Shown piece after piece: positions 7,529-16,511 of a stretch of 64,000 bases of DNA. This stretch comes from a virus, in the IMG/VR virus record IMGVR_UViG_3300049911_000129, positions 1 through 64,000 of that record; one strand, written 5' to 3'. The position numbers and the translations under genes are program-made. Position 1 is the stretch's first letter; the number at the start of each line of letters is the position of its first letter. Below the pieces are notes generated by a model. The model was not told where the DNA came from. It saw only the letters and a program-made list of their open reading frames with translations, and did no database searches.

Positions 7529-10181
7529 GGACTTCGCGGACTGCACGAGCCGCAACCGGGACAAGGGCGACCCAGACGCCTACTGCGGGGCCATAAAGCG
7601 CGACACGGAGGACAAGGCCATGAATGAGGTGGTAGACCACGGCGGCATGATGGCGACCGTCGGTAAGGCCACGGCGGCTGCGCTGTCGCTGGCCACCGCA
7701 ATCTTCAGGGCCGGTCACCAGCCGCCCACGAGTTGGTCGGGCAGGCATGCCAACCGGGATAAGACATACCTGGCCCCGGGCGAGGAGCCGCCAGAGGGCG
7801 TGGACGTCAAGCAGGGCAAGCGCGGGGGTCGGTACTACGTCGGCCCGAAGCGCGGTCCGGGCACCGAGCACCCGTCGCCGGCGGGGGGCGGAGAGGACGA
7901 GACGCACGGCCCGGCGCGCGGGAAGACGCCGGTCAACCTCCCGGACGCGCGGGACGTGATGGACCAGGTCTGGGACCACTTCGGTCCGCAGTCCATTGCG
8001 ATGGCTGGCCACGCCGCGCTGGTGCAGGAGATCAAGCGCCGGGATCCGGGGCTGTCCAACGACGAGGTCATGAGGGCGGCTGACTCGCTGGCCAACATGG
8101 CGCGAACGCACGTCGAGGGGCACAGGGAGGAGGGGGAGGACATGGGCCCGGAGGAGGAGGTCGGCGGTCCGGCGATGGAGGAGCCGGAAGAGCCGGATGC
8201 TGAGGCGGAGGATCCGAATGAGCTCGAGGAGGAGGTCGGAGAGCTGACCAACCAGCTGACTGACATCCGCGACAAGCTGAAGGACATGGCCAGCATGTAC
8301 CCGTCGCTGCAGGCGACCATCGAGGCGTACATCATACCGGGCTTCGACGACCTGATCGGCGAGGGCCCGAACAGGAACCCGTACAACCAGAGCCTGACCG
8401 GACTGGTCGAGTCGCTGCGCGAGCGCCAGGAGGAGAAGCGCCAAAGCGAGGACGAGGAGCGCTACAGGAGCGAGACGCCGGAGTCCCGCAGGCGGCTGAG
8501 CATGTCGGTCGCGAAGGCGGGCGCCGAGGCGTTGTCGCTGGCGGCTGGCAATCAGGCTGCTGCGGATTCGCTCCACGGCGGGAATGGTCCACCACCGAGG
8601 GGCAAGCGCAAGCCGGGCGACAGCGAGTACGAGAGGCCGTACGGGCCGGGTGTTGGCAGGCGCGGCAGGGAGCCGAAGCAGGAGCCGAGCACACCGGCGG
8701 ACGAGGGCAACATCGCCGGAAGGCGCGAGGCGCAGGGCAGGCTGACGGGCGACGAGGGCAGGGGCAGGGCAGGCGGGCATGACCCAGGAGACGCGAAGAA
8801 CACGCGGACTCGCCGAGCCCGAGGCGGGCCGGACGAGCGTGCCCGCGAGAGGGCGAACGATCCGCACCCGGAGGATATGAAGGGCGGCAGGACCTACCTG
8901 GCGCCAGGCGAGCAGCCTCCGCCGGGGGTCGACATCAAGCAGGGCGAGCGCGGCGGGAGGTACTACGAGGGCGGCAAGCGAGGAGGTGGTAAGCCGCAGC
9001 CAGCGCCGTCGCAGAAGCCGCCGGTCAAGAACTACGGGGAAGGCGGGCCTGCGTTCACGCACGCGCCGACCGATCCGAGGCAGGCAGGCGGGAAGCCACA
9101 ACAGGGTCCGCAGGGCGGCAAGGAGCCGTGGTCCGACTTCGAGCCGGACACGTCCTCGTTCTCCACGGCAGCGATCAAGTTCGTCAAGGACTCGATAGCG
9201 GCCGGCAGGGGACTGGACGAGATCCACGCCCAGCTGCACGAGGCTGGCATGAGCCCGCAGGAGGCGCACGAGCTGGTCGGGATGGGGCTCAAGGGCGCGA
9301 AGCAGACGCCGGGCGAGTACGACCAGGGCAAGAGGCAGGACGCGAAGCCGCAGGGCGCGGGCAAGCCGAAGCCGTTCAATCGCGAGCTCGCTCGCCGGAC
9401 CAAGTTCTTCGTGGACGACATCGTCGGCCGGCTGGACGACAGGGACATGCTCGACGAGTATGACACCGGGATGATCGTCGACGAGGTCATGAACGAGGTG
9501 GAGTCCCAGGCGGGCGCCAAGACGCTCTCGCAGGATGAGTATGTCGCCGCCGGAAGGTACGCGGAGAAGCTGGTGCGCGCGAGGACGGGCGACCCGGACG
9601 ACGACCCGTGGGAGCCGAGCACGGGGGATGAGCAGCCGCAGGAGTACGGGCAGCCTCCCAAGCCGAAGTTCAAGAACGCCCCAGGGAGCAGGTTCAGCGA
9701 GCACGGTGACGCTCCGGACGGCAGGCACGTGAGCGAGTTCGAGGACGAGGACCTCAACCCGGCCGAGCTGTGGCAGAAGGTGGCGGGGCTAACCGAGGAC
9801 CACGATGACGAGGGCGCCAGGCGTACGGCAGGCAACATGGTCGGGAAGCTGGCCGCGGAGCTGGACGCCGCAAACAGGGTGTCGGCCGACCACGTGGAGG
9901 TGCTGGCGCGGAAGCTGGCATCTGCGTACCAGGGCGTGCCGAAGGAGTACATCGATGCTGCGCTCAAGCGGGTGCAGTCCGGGAAGGGGCAGGCGGGCGG
10001 CAACCGGGAGGCGGTCCGACGCTACGAGAACACCCGTCCCGAGGGCGCACCAGCGGGCGGCGGATACGCCATAGCGTACGACCCGAGGACGAAGCGGCAC
10101 AAGGTCATCCAGCACCCCAAGGGCGAGATGACCAGGGAAGAGGCCCAGCAGGACATGAAGGCGCGGAGGCGCCAGCGATAG
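7509..10181 (+). CDS. Large mosaic head-region protein with 2 GxRGG motifs
   Basis: 890 aa. N-terminal PFAGYKDFADC..DPDAYC mini-domain, low-complexity linkers, and a domain shared with the protease polyprotein. Confidence 0.75.
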   Translation: MPFAGYKDFADCTSRNRDKGDPDAYCGAIKRDTEDKAMNEVVDHGGMMATVGKATAAALSLATAIFRAGHQPPTSWSGRHANRDKTYLAPGEEPPEGVDVKQGKRGGRYYVGPKRGPGTEHPSPAGGGEDETHGPARGKTPVNLPDARDVMDQVWDHFGPQSIAMAGHAALVQEIKRRDPGLSNDEVMRAADSLANMARTHVEGHREEGEDMGPEEEVGGPAMEEPEEPDAEAEDPNELEEEVGELTNQLTDIRDKLKDMASMYPSLQATIEAYIIPGFDDLIGEGPNRNPYNQSLTGLVESLRERQEEKRQSEDEERYRSETPESRRRLSMSVAKAGAEALSLAAGNQAAADSLHGGNGPPPRGKRKPGDSEYERPYGPGVGRRGREPKQEPSTPADEGNIAGRREAQGRLTGDEGRGRAGGHDPGDAKNTRTRRARGGPDERARERANDPHPEDMKGGRTYLAPGEQPPPGVDIKQGERGGRYYEGGKRGGGKPQPAPSQKPPVKNYGEGGPAFTHAPTDPRQAGGKPQQGPQGGKEPWSDFEPDTSSFSTAAIKFVKDSIAAGRGLDEIHAQLHEAGMSPQEAHELVGMGLKGAKQTPGEYDQGKRQDAKPQGAGKPKPFNRELARRTKFFVDDIVGRLDDRDMLDEYDTGMIVDEVMNEVESQAGAKTLSQDEYVAAGRYAEKLVRARTGDPDDDPWEPSTGDEQPQEYGQPPKPKFKNAPGSRFSEHGDAPDGRHVSEFEDEDLNPAELWQKVAGLTEDHDDEGARRTAGNMVGKLAAELDAANRVSADHVEVLARKLASAYQGVPKEYIDAALKRVQSGKGQAGGNREAVRRYENTRPEGAPAGGGYAIAYDPRTKRHKVIQHPKGEMTREEAQQDMKARRRQR
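7761..7838 (+). repeat. Protein motif copy 5 (KTYLAPGEEPPEGVDVKQGKRGGRYY)
   Basis: Read from the translation. Confidence 0.9.
8880..8966 (+). repeat. Protein motif copy 6 (KGGRTYLAPGEQPPPGVDIKQGERGGRYY)
   Basis: Read from the translation. Confidence 0.9.
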
Positions 10182-10182
10182 C

Positions 10183-13100
10183 ATGAGGATAGACAAGTCG
10201 GTCGCGCACGACTGGTCGACCGTCCTGATAGACACGGTCCCGCAGGGGTCCGTGTCCGAGTACGGCCGAGTCAGGATCCTGTACAAGCAGGGGGGGCTGG
10301 CGGAGGACTACGAGCTGGTCATCGCCGGCTACGCGTCGCCGCAGGTCGTGGACCGCGAGAAGCACCTGATCACCAAGGAGGCCATGCAGGCCGACCTGCC
10401 GAGGTTCCTGGCGCACCCGCACTACCGGAACGCCATGATCGTCCACTCCAATATACAGGTCGGGGAGGTGCTCCCGACGTGGACCAACCCAGAGACTAAG
10501 GAGGAGTTCGCGACCAAGGTGGACGACCTCGGGCTCTTCTGCGTCATAAAGCTGCGGACCGACAAGTACCGCCCGGAGATCTGCTCCAAGGTCGAGAAGG
10601 ACGTGCGCGAGGGCAAGCTCGCGTCGTTCAGCATCTCCGGGGACGCCCCGTTCGACAGCAGGCGCCACGTCTGCAGCAGCGGGACGTGCTTCTGGATCAT
10701 CGACAAGATAGAGTTCTACGAGATAACTATCTGCGAGCAGGGCGTGAACCAGGACGCCAAGTTCGCGGTCCTGAGCAAGGCGGCGCACTGCGAGGACGGC
10801 TCGTGCGCGCTGCAGCTCCCGACGCCGTTGACCAGGTCCGCGCTTGCGTCTGCCATCTCCAAGGGCCGGACATACCTCGCACCAGGCGAGGACGCACCGG
10901 AGGGTGTGAACGTCGAACAGGGTCCGAGGGGTGGGCGCTACTACGAGGGCGGGGAAGAGGGCGGAATCGAGCCCGAGGGACTGGAGTGGCGCAACCTACA
11001 TCGGACAGGCGACACGGTGCAGGCCGAGGTAAAGGTGCGCGGCGTCGAGGGCGAGAGTCTGATGGTGCACCAGGAGAAGCGCCCGGCGGGACGCCGTTAC
11101 TGGGGCATGGGCGCCGAGACGTCAGGCTGGTCCGCCGGAAGGCCAGGGTCCTGGCACACGGGGATGACAAATATCAAGACCGCCAAGGAAATGGTTAAGG
11201 CGGCACCGCTGATTCAGGAGGCCGTCAACAAGCATCCGGGGGCGAACAGCGTGCGCGTGAGGGTCGAGCAGCAGGAAAACGGGTTGCTCAAGGTCTCGGA
11301 GTACGACCGCAATAAGTGGACCGAGCTCGTCGGTTCGCAGGCTAAGCCTGGAGCGGAGCCGACACAGGAGGGAGGCGGAAGTCCACTATCCTCCGAGGTC
11401 CACGATCTGGCGGTCAAGCTCGGTCGGCACGCCGCCGAGGCGGGCTGGACGCGCGAGGAGGCGCTGCAGTGGGCGCAAGGCGTGGCGGTCGACAACCGCG
11501 TCAAGGCGAGCGACGTCATGGCAGTAGCGGCCAAGGAGTGGGCCAGGGCGAGCACGGAGGCCAGGAAGCCGGCCAAGGCGCCGACGCGGTTCAACCAGCG
11601 CGGCCAGTCGGACCACGGCAACGTGACGGAGTTCGATGACGAGGAGCTCGAGCCGTTCGAGCTGATGCAGAAGATAAACGAGATCGACGATCCGGCGGTC
11701 GTGGCGGCGTCCGAGAAGGTCATGGTGGACAAGCTCGCCGAGGAGATATACATCGGCGCGCACGCCTCCGGCAGCTTCCAGAGCGCGGCGCGGAAGGTGG
11801 AGCAGAAGTACGGCCGGTTCGGCATGCCCGACGAGTACCTGGACGCGGCGGCGGATCAGGCGCGAAAGCGGAAGACCAAGCCGGAGCGCCAGCAGTGGCC
11901 GAGGCGCGGCGCGAGGCCGCAGGACGTCTTCGGGCTGCCGAGGCGCGGGTACGGGAAGTTCGGGAAGGCGGCGGTCGGCGGAGCGGGCGGCGCGATAACG
12001 CCGATCACGCCGATGCAGGGACCGGAGGCGGCCAAGGACCCGTCGAAGGCCGACATCGTGGGCGAGAAGGCGGGCGGCTCGGCGATGGGCCACGGCAGCG
12101 TGGGGGCGGTTGCGAAGGAGGGCCCGAGCGGTCCGGATAGCCCGCTGACCGAGGGCGAGGTCACGGTCGCGGAGGACTTCGCGGCGAGGATGTGGGAGAG
12201 CATGGGGCGGCCCCACGACTTCGGGCAGTTCAGGCGTGGCCTGGGCGTCGAGTGGGAGCACGCAGACGTCCTGGGCGGGGACTGGCTGAAGGTCGCGCAG
12301 GTCGTGCTGGACCACCTGGCGGAGGATGAGGCGTACTACACCAAGCTGGCGACCATCGAGAAGGGCATGGGCGTGCTTGGCCGGGCGGTTGCCAGGGCTA
12401 TCGAGAAGAGGTCGGGCGGGCGCGGCGGGCGCGTCTACCTGAAGCCCGACGAGAAGGCGCCGGAGGGCGTGGAGGTCCAGACGGGCCCGAGCGGCGGTCG
12501 CTACTATGACAGGAAGGGCGGTGGCGAGAAGCCGAAGGAGTCCGAGGCCGGGGAGAAGCCGCGCACGGGCGAGGGGAAGGGACCGGAGGGATCTGGTGTC
12601 GGTGGTGTCCCGCCGAAGGTTCAGAAGAAGATAGACATAATGAAGGGCAACCTCGAGGACTACGTCTATCGTCTCAAGCACGCCAACGAGAGGCGCGTGG
12701 AGATGGGCAACGAGTATTGGCACGAGCCGAAGTCATACGCCGCCAGGCAGGCGCACAAGGACATCGCGGAGTATCAGCGGAGGGTGTACGACCTGCAGAC
12801 TAAGCTGGAGGATTGGGAGGGCCTGACCGCTGCTCCTGATGACGTGGCGAGGGCCATCGAGAAGGGCGCACACTTCCAGAGGAGCCACTGGCACGCCAGC
12901 AAGATGGTTCGTGGGTACAGTTCGCGCTCGACCGGCTACGAGGTCGAGCCGCATAAGGGTCAGCTGCAGGTTAGATACTACATGGGCAACAGCGACTGGC
13001 GCAAGGAGGTGAGCCTCAAGCGGCTGGGTACCATGAAGGAGGCGCTCGAGGACGCCGGATATAACGTCAAGATGGAGGAGGACTACCTGGTGGTCGGTTC

Positions 13101-15453
13101 GGGCGGCAGGATCAAGAAGGCCGGGTTCGCCGGAGGCGGCGGGGCGGACGTGGGGAGCGGCTGGGCCGTGGAGGTACACGACCCGACGACGGCAGGCAAG
13201 AAGGGCGGCGTGATGAGCGACAGGAAGTTCGACGGGGTGGCCGAGCCGCACAGCCCGGGGCTGGTCGTGTCTCCGCCCGCGGGTCCGCTCGAGCAGAAGT
13301 GCCAGCACGGGTTCGAGAAGGGCGACCAGACGTGGGGCCCGGGAGACTTCGATTGGGCCGGGGACCAGGACGACGACGGGGATGTGGACGCGGACGACGA
13401 CGCGGTCGGGGCCGAGAAGGAGGACCGCGCGCAGATAGGCCAGGTCGCGAGGATCCCGCCGGTCCCGCAGATACGCAGGCCGAAGGCGCCGAAGCCGGCC
13501 GGGGTGACGTACAAGGCCGCGATTGACCCTAGCGAGACCACGCAGTTCAGTCCGACGTACGCGCGGGATGACGCGGCGGGCGGCGAGGAGTCCGAGGAGT
13601 ACTACCTGAACAAGCGATGCCCGCTGTGCGCGGCGCGCGACATCATAGAGGACGCGCTGGACGACCGGGGGATCTATGGCGCCATGTCCGAGGAGTTCCG
13701 CGGCGTGCTCAGGCACAGCCTCGCGGTCCTGCAGGCCGGGACGGGCGGGCTTGACTGGGTGCAGGGCGGAGGCTTCGTGGCCTTGTCCGACGACCACGCG
13801 TACGCCGGCTTCACGAGGCCCGGCTATGCGATCCCGATCGCGGGCGTCGCGGCGGCGATAGGCATGGCGGCGTTCGACCTGGGCGACGTGCGGATGGTCC
13901 GCAAGGCTGTAAAGGTCGGCAACCTGATACTCGAGACGCATCCGGTGGAGGAGCGCGAGTTCGCAGAGGGTCTGGCCGACATTCAGGAGAGGATGGCGCG
14001 CGAGCTCAACATCCAGATGGAGGGGGCCGAGGGAGGCCAGGAGCTGCGCAAGGGCTACCACGTCGGCTGGCTCGGGGACGCGCAGAGGACGCTGGAGAGC
14101 GTGAGGGCCGCGCTCGGCGGGATCAACCGGGACGCCATAGGCGACGAGCTCAAGGTCGCGTTGGACGCCATATCGGCGGACATGGACCACCTGGTTGGCT
14201 CGATCGGCGTGACGGAGCAGATGAAGGGCCAGGTGAAGGGCGTCGAGCCGGCCGCGCTGGACGTGGTGCGGACGGTCGCGAAGGACACCGAGGGCGACGT
14301 CAAGGCGGCCGACAGCGCGCTCGAGGTCGTGGACCCGGAGCGCATAGAGGCGAGGGCCGACGGCGAGAAGGACGAGATGAGCGACCCCGACCAGGTCGCG
14401 CACCCCTCCGAGGTGGCGGTGATGACAGGCGCGCCTCCGGGCGTCCCGACCGGCAACCAGGGCGCGAGCGTGGTGCACAGGGGCGAGGACGTCAAGTTCG
14501 GCGACTTCATAACGAGCAGGCTGCACAGGGTCTACTCCCAGACGGCCGACGACGTGATGGCGCTCGGGCACTTCGAGGACGACGTCGAGCGCAAGAAGGT
14601 CGGGGAGGCTATAGGCGAGGCATTGACCACGTTCAAGGAGGCGCTGACCAGGGACGGGCTGTTCGACCTGGTGCTGCCGTCCGAGGACGCCGAGCGGCTG
14701 CTCAAGGCGGTGATGCCTCCGCCGCGCGGGATAGCGAAGACCGACGAGGACTCGGACCTTTGGGGTGGGCAGAACAGGGGAGCCGGGGTCAGTCCGCTCG
14801 GTCCGACGACCGAGGCGCTGGACACGCTCGATCAGGGCCAGCACCCGGCGTACGGGTACAACAGGGACACCAAGCCGGAGGGGCTGACGAAGGACGTGGG
14901 TGCGCCGACCGCCGGCATGCCAGAGGCCGACGTGGCAGTGAACAGGGGCGTGGCGGTTGACAAGGAGCCGGAGGATCCGCTGGCGGTGGAGGCGTTCGAG
15001 ATGGAGCCGAGCGCGCCGAGGCAGCCAGACCCGGACTCCACGGCCGGGCATGTCGAGGAGAAGGACACGGGAGCGCGTAACGACCGATTCGTGGGCGAGC
15101 CGGATAGGGTGAGCAACAGCCGCCTGAGGAAGGATCCTGCGACCGACGAGCCGATGAACGTCAAGGGCGCCGGGGTCGGCAGGCGCAGCCAGTTCGAGGA
15201 CCAGGGTCCGCCGGGCGAGGTCGAGAGTCCGCAGCCGGTTCGCGAGCGCGAGTATGACAACAGGGGCGCACTGGTGCCGCAGTTGAACATGGGCGCGGAG
15301 GACGCGAAGGCGCTGTTCAAGCTCCACGCGTCGCTCTGGTCGCGGTACGTGAGCGACCCGCGGTTCGGGTTGGCCGTCATCGAGCTGGACGACGGGGGCA
15401 ACCCGGTGCAGATAGTGGACATAGCGAAGAGGACCGGCCATGGGCGCAGATAA
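10183..15453 (+). CDS. HK97-type prohead (capsid maturation) protease fused to a ~1550-aa mosaic extension (2 GxRGG motifs, DUF5661-like domain)
   Basis: IAGYAS..VD..MIVHSN.QVG..GKLASFSISG..EITICEQGVN..AKF at ~10309-10779. GVEWEH..DHLAE..YYTKL at ~12220-12363 matches the DUF5661 pattern. Confidence 0.85.
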   Translation: MRIDKSVAHDWSTVLIDTVPQGSVSEYGRVRILYKQGGLAEDYELVIAGYASPQVVDREKHLITKEAMQADLPRFLAHPHYRNAMIVHSNIQVGEVLPTWTNPETKEEFATKVDDLGLFCVIKLRTDKYRPEICSKVEKDVREGKLASFSISGDAPFDSRRHVCSSGTCFWIIDKIEFYEITICEQGVNQDAKFAVLSKAAHCEDGSCALQLPTPLTRSALASAISKGRTYLAPGEDAPEGVNVEQGPRGGRYYEGGEEGGIEPEGLEWRNLHRTGDTVQAEVKVRGVEGESLMVHQEKRPAGRRYWGMGAETSGWSAGRPGSWHTGMTNIKTAKEMVKAAPLIQEAVNKHPGANSVRVRVEQQENGLLKVSEYDRNKWTELVGSQAKPGAEPTQEGGGSPLSSEVHDLAVKLGRHAAEAGWTREEALQWAQGVAVDNRVKASDVMAVAAKEWARASTEARKPAKAPTRFNQRGQSDHGNVTEFDDEELEPFELMQKINEIDDPAVVAASEKVMVDKLAEEIYIGAHASGSFQSAARKVEQKYGRFGMPDEYLDAAADQARKRKTKPERQQWPRRGARPQDVFGLPRRGYGKFGKAAVGGAGGAITPITPMQGPEAAKDPSKADIVGEKAGGSAMGHGSVGAVAKEGPSGPDSPLTEGEVTVAEDFAARMWESMGRPHDFGQFRRGLGVEWEHADVLGGDWLKVAQVVLDHLAEDEAYYTKLATIEKGMGVLGRAVARAIEKRSGGRGGRVYLKPDEKAPEGVEVQTGPSGGRYYDRKGGGEKPKESEAGEKPRTGEGKGPEGSGVGGVPPKVQKKIDIMKGNLEDYVYRLKHANERRVEMGNEYWHEPKSYAARQAHKDIAEYQRRVYDLQTKLEDWEGLTAAPDDVARAIEKGAHFQRSHWHASKMVRGYSSRSTGYEVEPHKGQLQVRYYMGNSDWRKEVSLKRLGTMKEALEDAGYNVKMEEDYLVVGSGGRIKKAGFAGGGGADVGSGWAVEVHDPTTAGKKGGVMSDRKFDGVAEPHSPGLVVSPPAGPLEQKCQHGFEKGDQTWGPGDFDWAGDQDDDGDVDADDDAVGAEKEDRAQIGQVARIPPVPQIRRPKAPKPAGVTYKAAIDPSETTQFSPTYARDDAAGGEESEEYYLNKRCPLCAARDIIEDALDDRGIYGAMSEEFRGVLRHSLAVLQAGTGGLDWVQGGGFVALSDDHAYAGFTRPGYAIPIAGVAAAIGMAAFDLGDVRMVRKAVKVGNLILETHPVEEREFAEGLADIQERMARELNIQMEGAEGGQELRKGYHVGWLGDAQRTLESVRAALGGINRDAIGDELKVALDAISADMDHLVGSIGVTEQMKGQVKGVEPAALDVVRTVAKDTEGDVKAADSALEVVDPERIEARADGEKDEMSDPDQVAHPSEVAVMTGAPPGVPTGNQGASVVHRGEDVKFGDFITSRLHRVYSQTADDVMALGHFEDDVERKKVGEAIGEALTTFKEALTRDGLFDLVLPSEDAERLLKAVMPPPRGIAKTDEDSDLWGGQNRGAGVSPLGPTTEALDTLDQGQHPAYGYNRDTKPEGLTKDVGAPTAGMPEADVAVNRGVAVDKEPEDPLAVEAFEMEPSAPRQPDPDSTAGHVEEKDTGARNDRFVGEPDRVSNSRLRKDPATDEPMNVKGAGVGRRSQFEDQGPPGEVESPQPVREREYDNRGALVPQLNMGAEDAKALFKLHASLWSRYVSDPRFGLAVIELDDGGNPVQIVDIAKRTGHGRR
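10861..10944 (+). repeat. Protein motif copy 7 (KGRTYLAPGEDAPEGVNVEQGPRGGRYY)
   Basis: Read from the translation; follows ISK. Confidence 0.9.
12406..12507 (+). repeat. Protein motif copy 8 (KRSGGRGGRVYLKPDEKAPEGVEVQTGPSGGRYY)
   Basis: Read from the translation; follows IEK. Confidence 0.9.
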
Positions 15454-15580
15454 GCCGACCAAGGGTGAGCTCCGCGATGGGCGGCGCAGGAACGCCCGCA
15501 AGATGCGGGTCGATGGCGCGGGGGTCAAGCGTGTGTACCCGGCCGCGGTGCTGAAGCGCACGAAGGAGGCGAAGGAGTAG
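15440..15580 (+). CDS. Small basic hypothetical protein (46 aa, MGADKPTKGELRDG...)
   Basis: Fills the intergenic gap, with AGAGGA upstream. Below the ORF-track size cutoff. Confidence 0.45.
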   Translation: MGADKPTKGELRDGRRRNARKMRVDGAGVKRVYPAAVLKRTKEAKE

Positions 15581-15582
15581 CG

Positions 15583-15777
15583 ATGTATACAGGGGTCGTG
15601 CAACAGCGCCCGGTGATGTCGTGGGACGAGCTGCGCATGCAGTTGGAGCTGCTCCTGGTCGAGGACGTGCAGGAAGGCGCGGACGGCCAGCCGAATGCAA
15701 GCGAGCTGCGCAAGGCGACGCATCGGTCGGATAGCATCATGGAGCTGTTCCAGCAGTTCCTCATGGGGAGGGGCTAG
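15583..15777 (+). CDS. Hypothetical protein
   Basis: AAGGAG RBS and tight packing. Confidence 0.55.
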   Translation: MYTGVVQQRPVMSWDELRMQLELLLVEDVQEGADGQPNASELRKATHRSDSIMELFQQFLMGRG

Positions 15778-15780
15778 GCG

Positions 15781-16128
15781 GTGGCTTCCGGGACGTACCA
15801 GCTCGAGCTGACGGTTGCCGACGCGTGGGCGATCCAGCAGAGCATCAAGCATGACATGATTGTCAGGCTGTGGAGCGGGCAGGAGGAGCCGGCCGGACAG
15901 TCGCTGCGTCAGAAGGTCAATGGGCTGATCGTGCAGTTCGTCGACGAGAGCGCCGGGCCCGAGTCGTCGGCGGTGATCAACGCGACAGAGGAAGAGCTCT
16001 GGCTTATCGACAAGCAGCTGCCGCTGTCGTACGCGGGGGCGAGGGAGCTGCTCGTCAGGGTGTTCAGGGGACTGCTGGCGCTGGCCGCCGACGGCATATG
16101 GGGCGATCAGAGGCAGGAGGTTTCGTAA
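15781..16128 (+). CDS. Hypothetical protein
   Basis: GGAGG RBS and tight packing. Confidence 0.6.
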   Translation: MASGTYQLELTVADAWAIQQSIKHDMIVRLWSGQEEPAGQSLRQKVNGLIVQFVDESAGPESSAVINATEEELWLIDKQLPLSYAGARELLVRVFRGLLALAADGIWGDQRQEVS

Positions 16129-16175
16129 ACCGCGCGGCGTGCGATACAATTGCGTTGCGCTAACAGATTCGGGCC

Positions 16176-16511
16176 ATGCGCCCGCAGGAGGACGGAATGA
16201 AGGGTAACGAAGGGCAGATCGACTACTGCATACTGTGCGACGGTGTGCAGGGGCCGGACCATGTGCACATCTGCGCCTACTGCGGCGCGGTGGTAGATCC
16301 CGCCCACCTGCGCTCGGTCGGCAACGACGAGGAGCCGAGGCGGGTCTACTGTGGCCCCTATTGCCACATCATGGCTGAGCCCGATGGCGAGCACGCGCGG
16401 GGCATCCCGGCGGACAAGAAGGACAAGATGGTGCGGCGCGAAGAGCTGCTGCATGCACAGAAGGTGCTGAAGCGCCAGTGCATCGAGGAGGGCGTACCGT
16501 GGATCCACTAA
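16176..16511 (+). CDS. Cys-rich (Zn-binding) hypothetical protein
   Basis: CILC, CAYC and YCGPYC motifs. Confidence 0.55.
   Translation: MRPQEDGMKGNEGQIDYCILCDGVQGPDHVHICAYCGAVVDPAHLRSVGNDEEPRRVYCGPYCHIMAEPDGEHARGIPADKKDKMVRREELLHAQKVLKRQCIEEGVPWIH

Noticed and set aside
274-12507. The 8 GxRGG repeats as DNA-level elements (recombination sites, DGR template/variable repeats, CRISPR)
   Set aside because: Conservation is at the amino-acid level with divergent codons and always in frame. No reverse transcriptase or site-specific recombinase is seen in the window.
12733-16149. Very long minus-strand ORFs (e.g. 12733-16149, 7299-9728, 2449-4872, 34272-36356, 24820-26907)
   Set aside because: They are antisense shadows of + strand genes in high-GC DNA: Arg/Pro/Leu-rich, without motifs, and fully overlapping well-supported genes.
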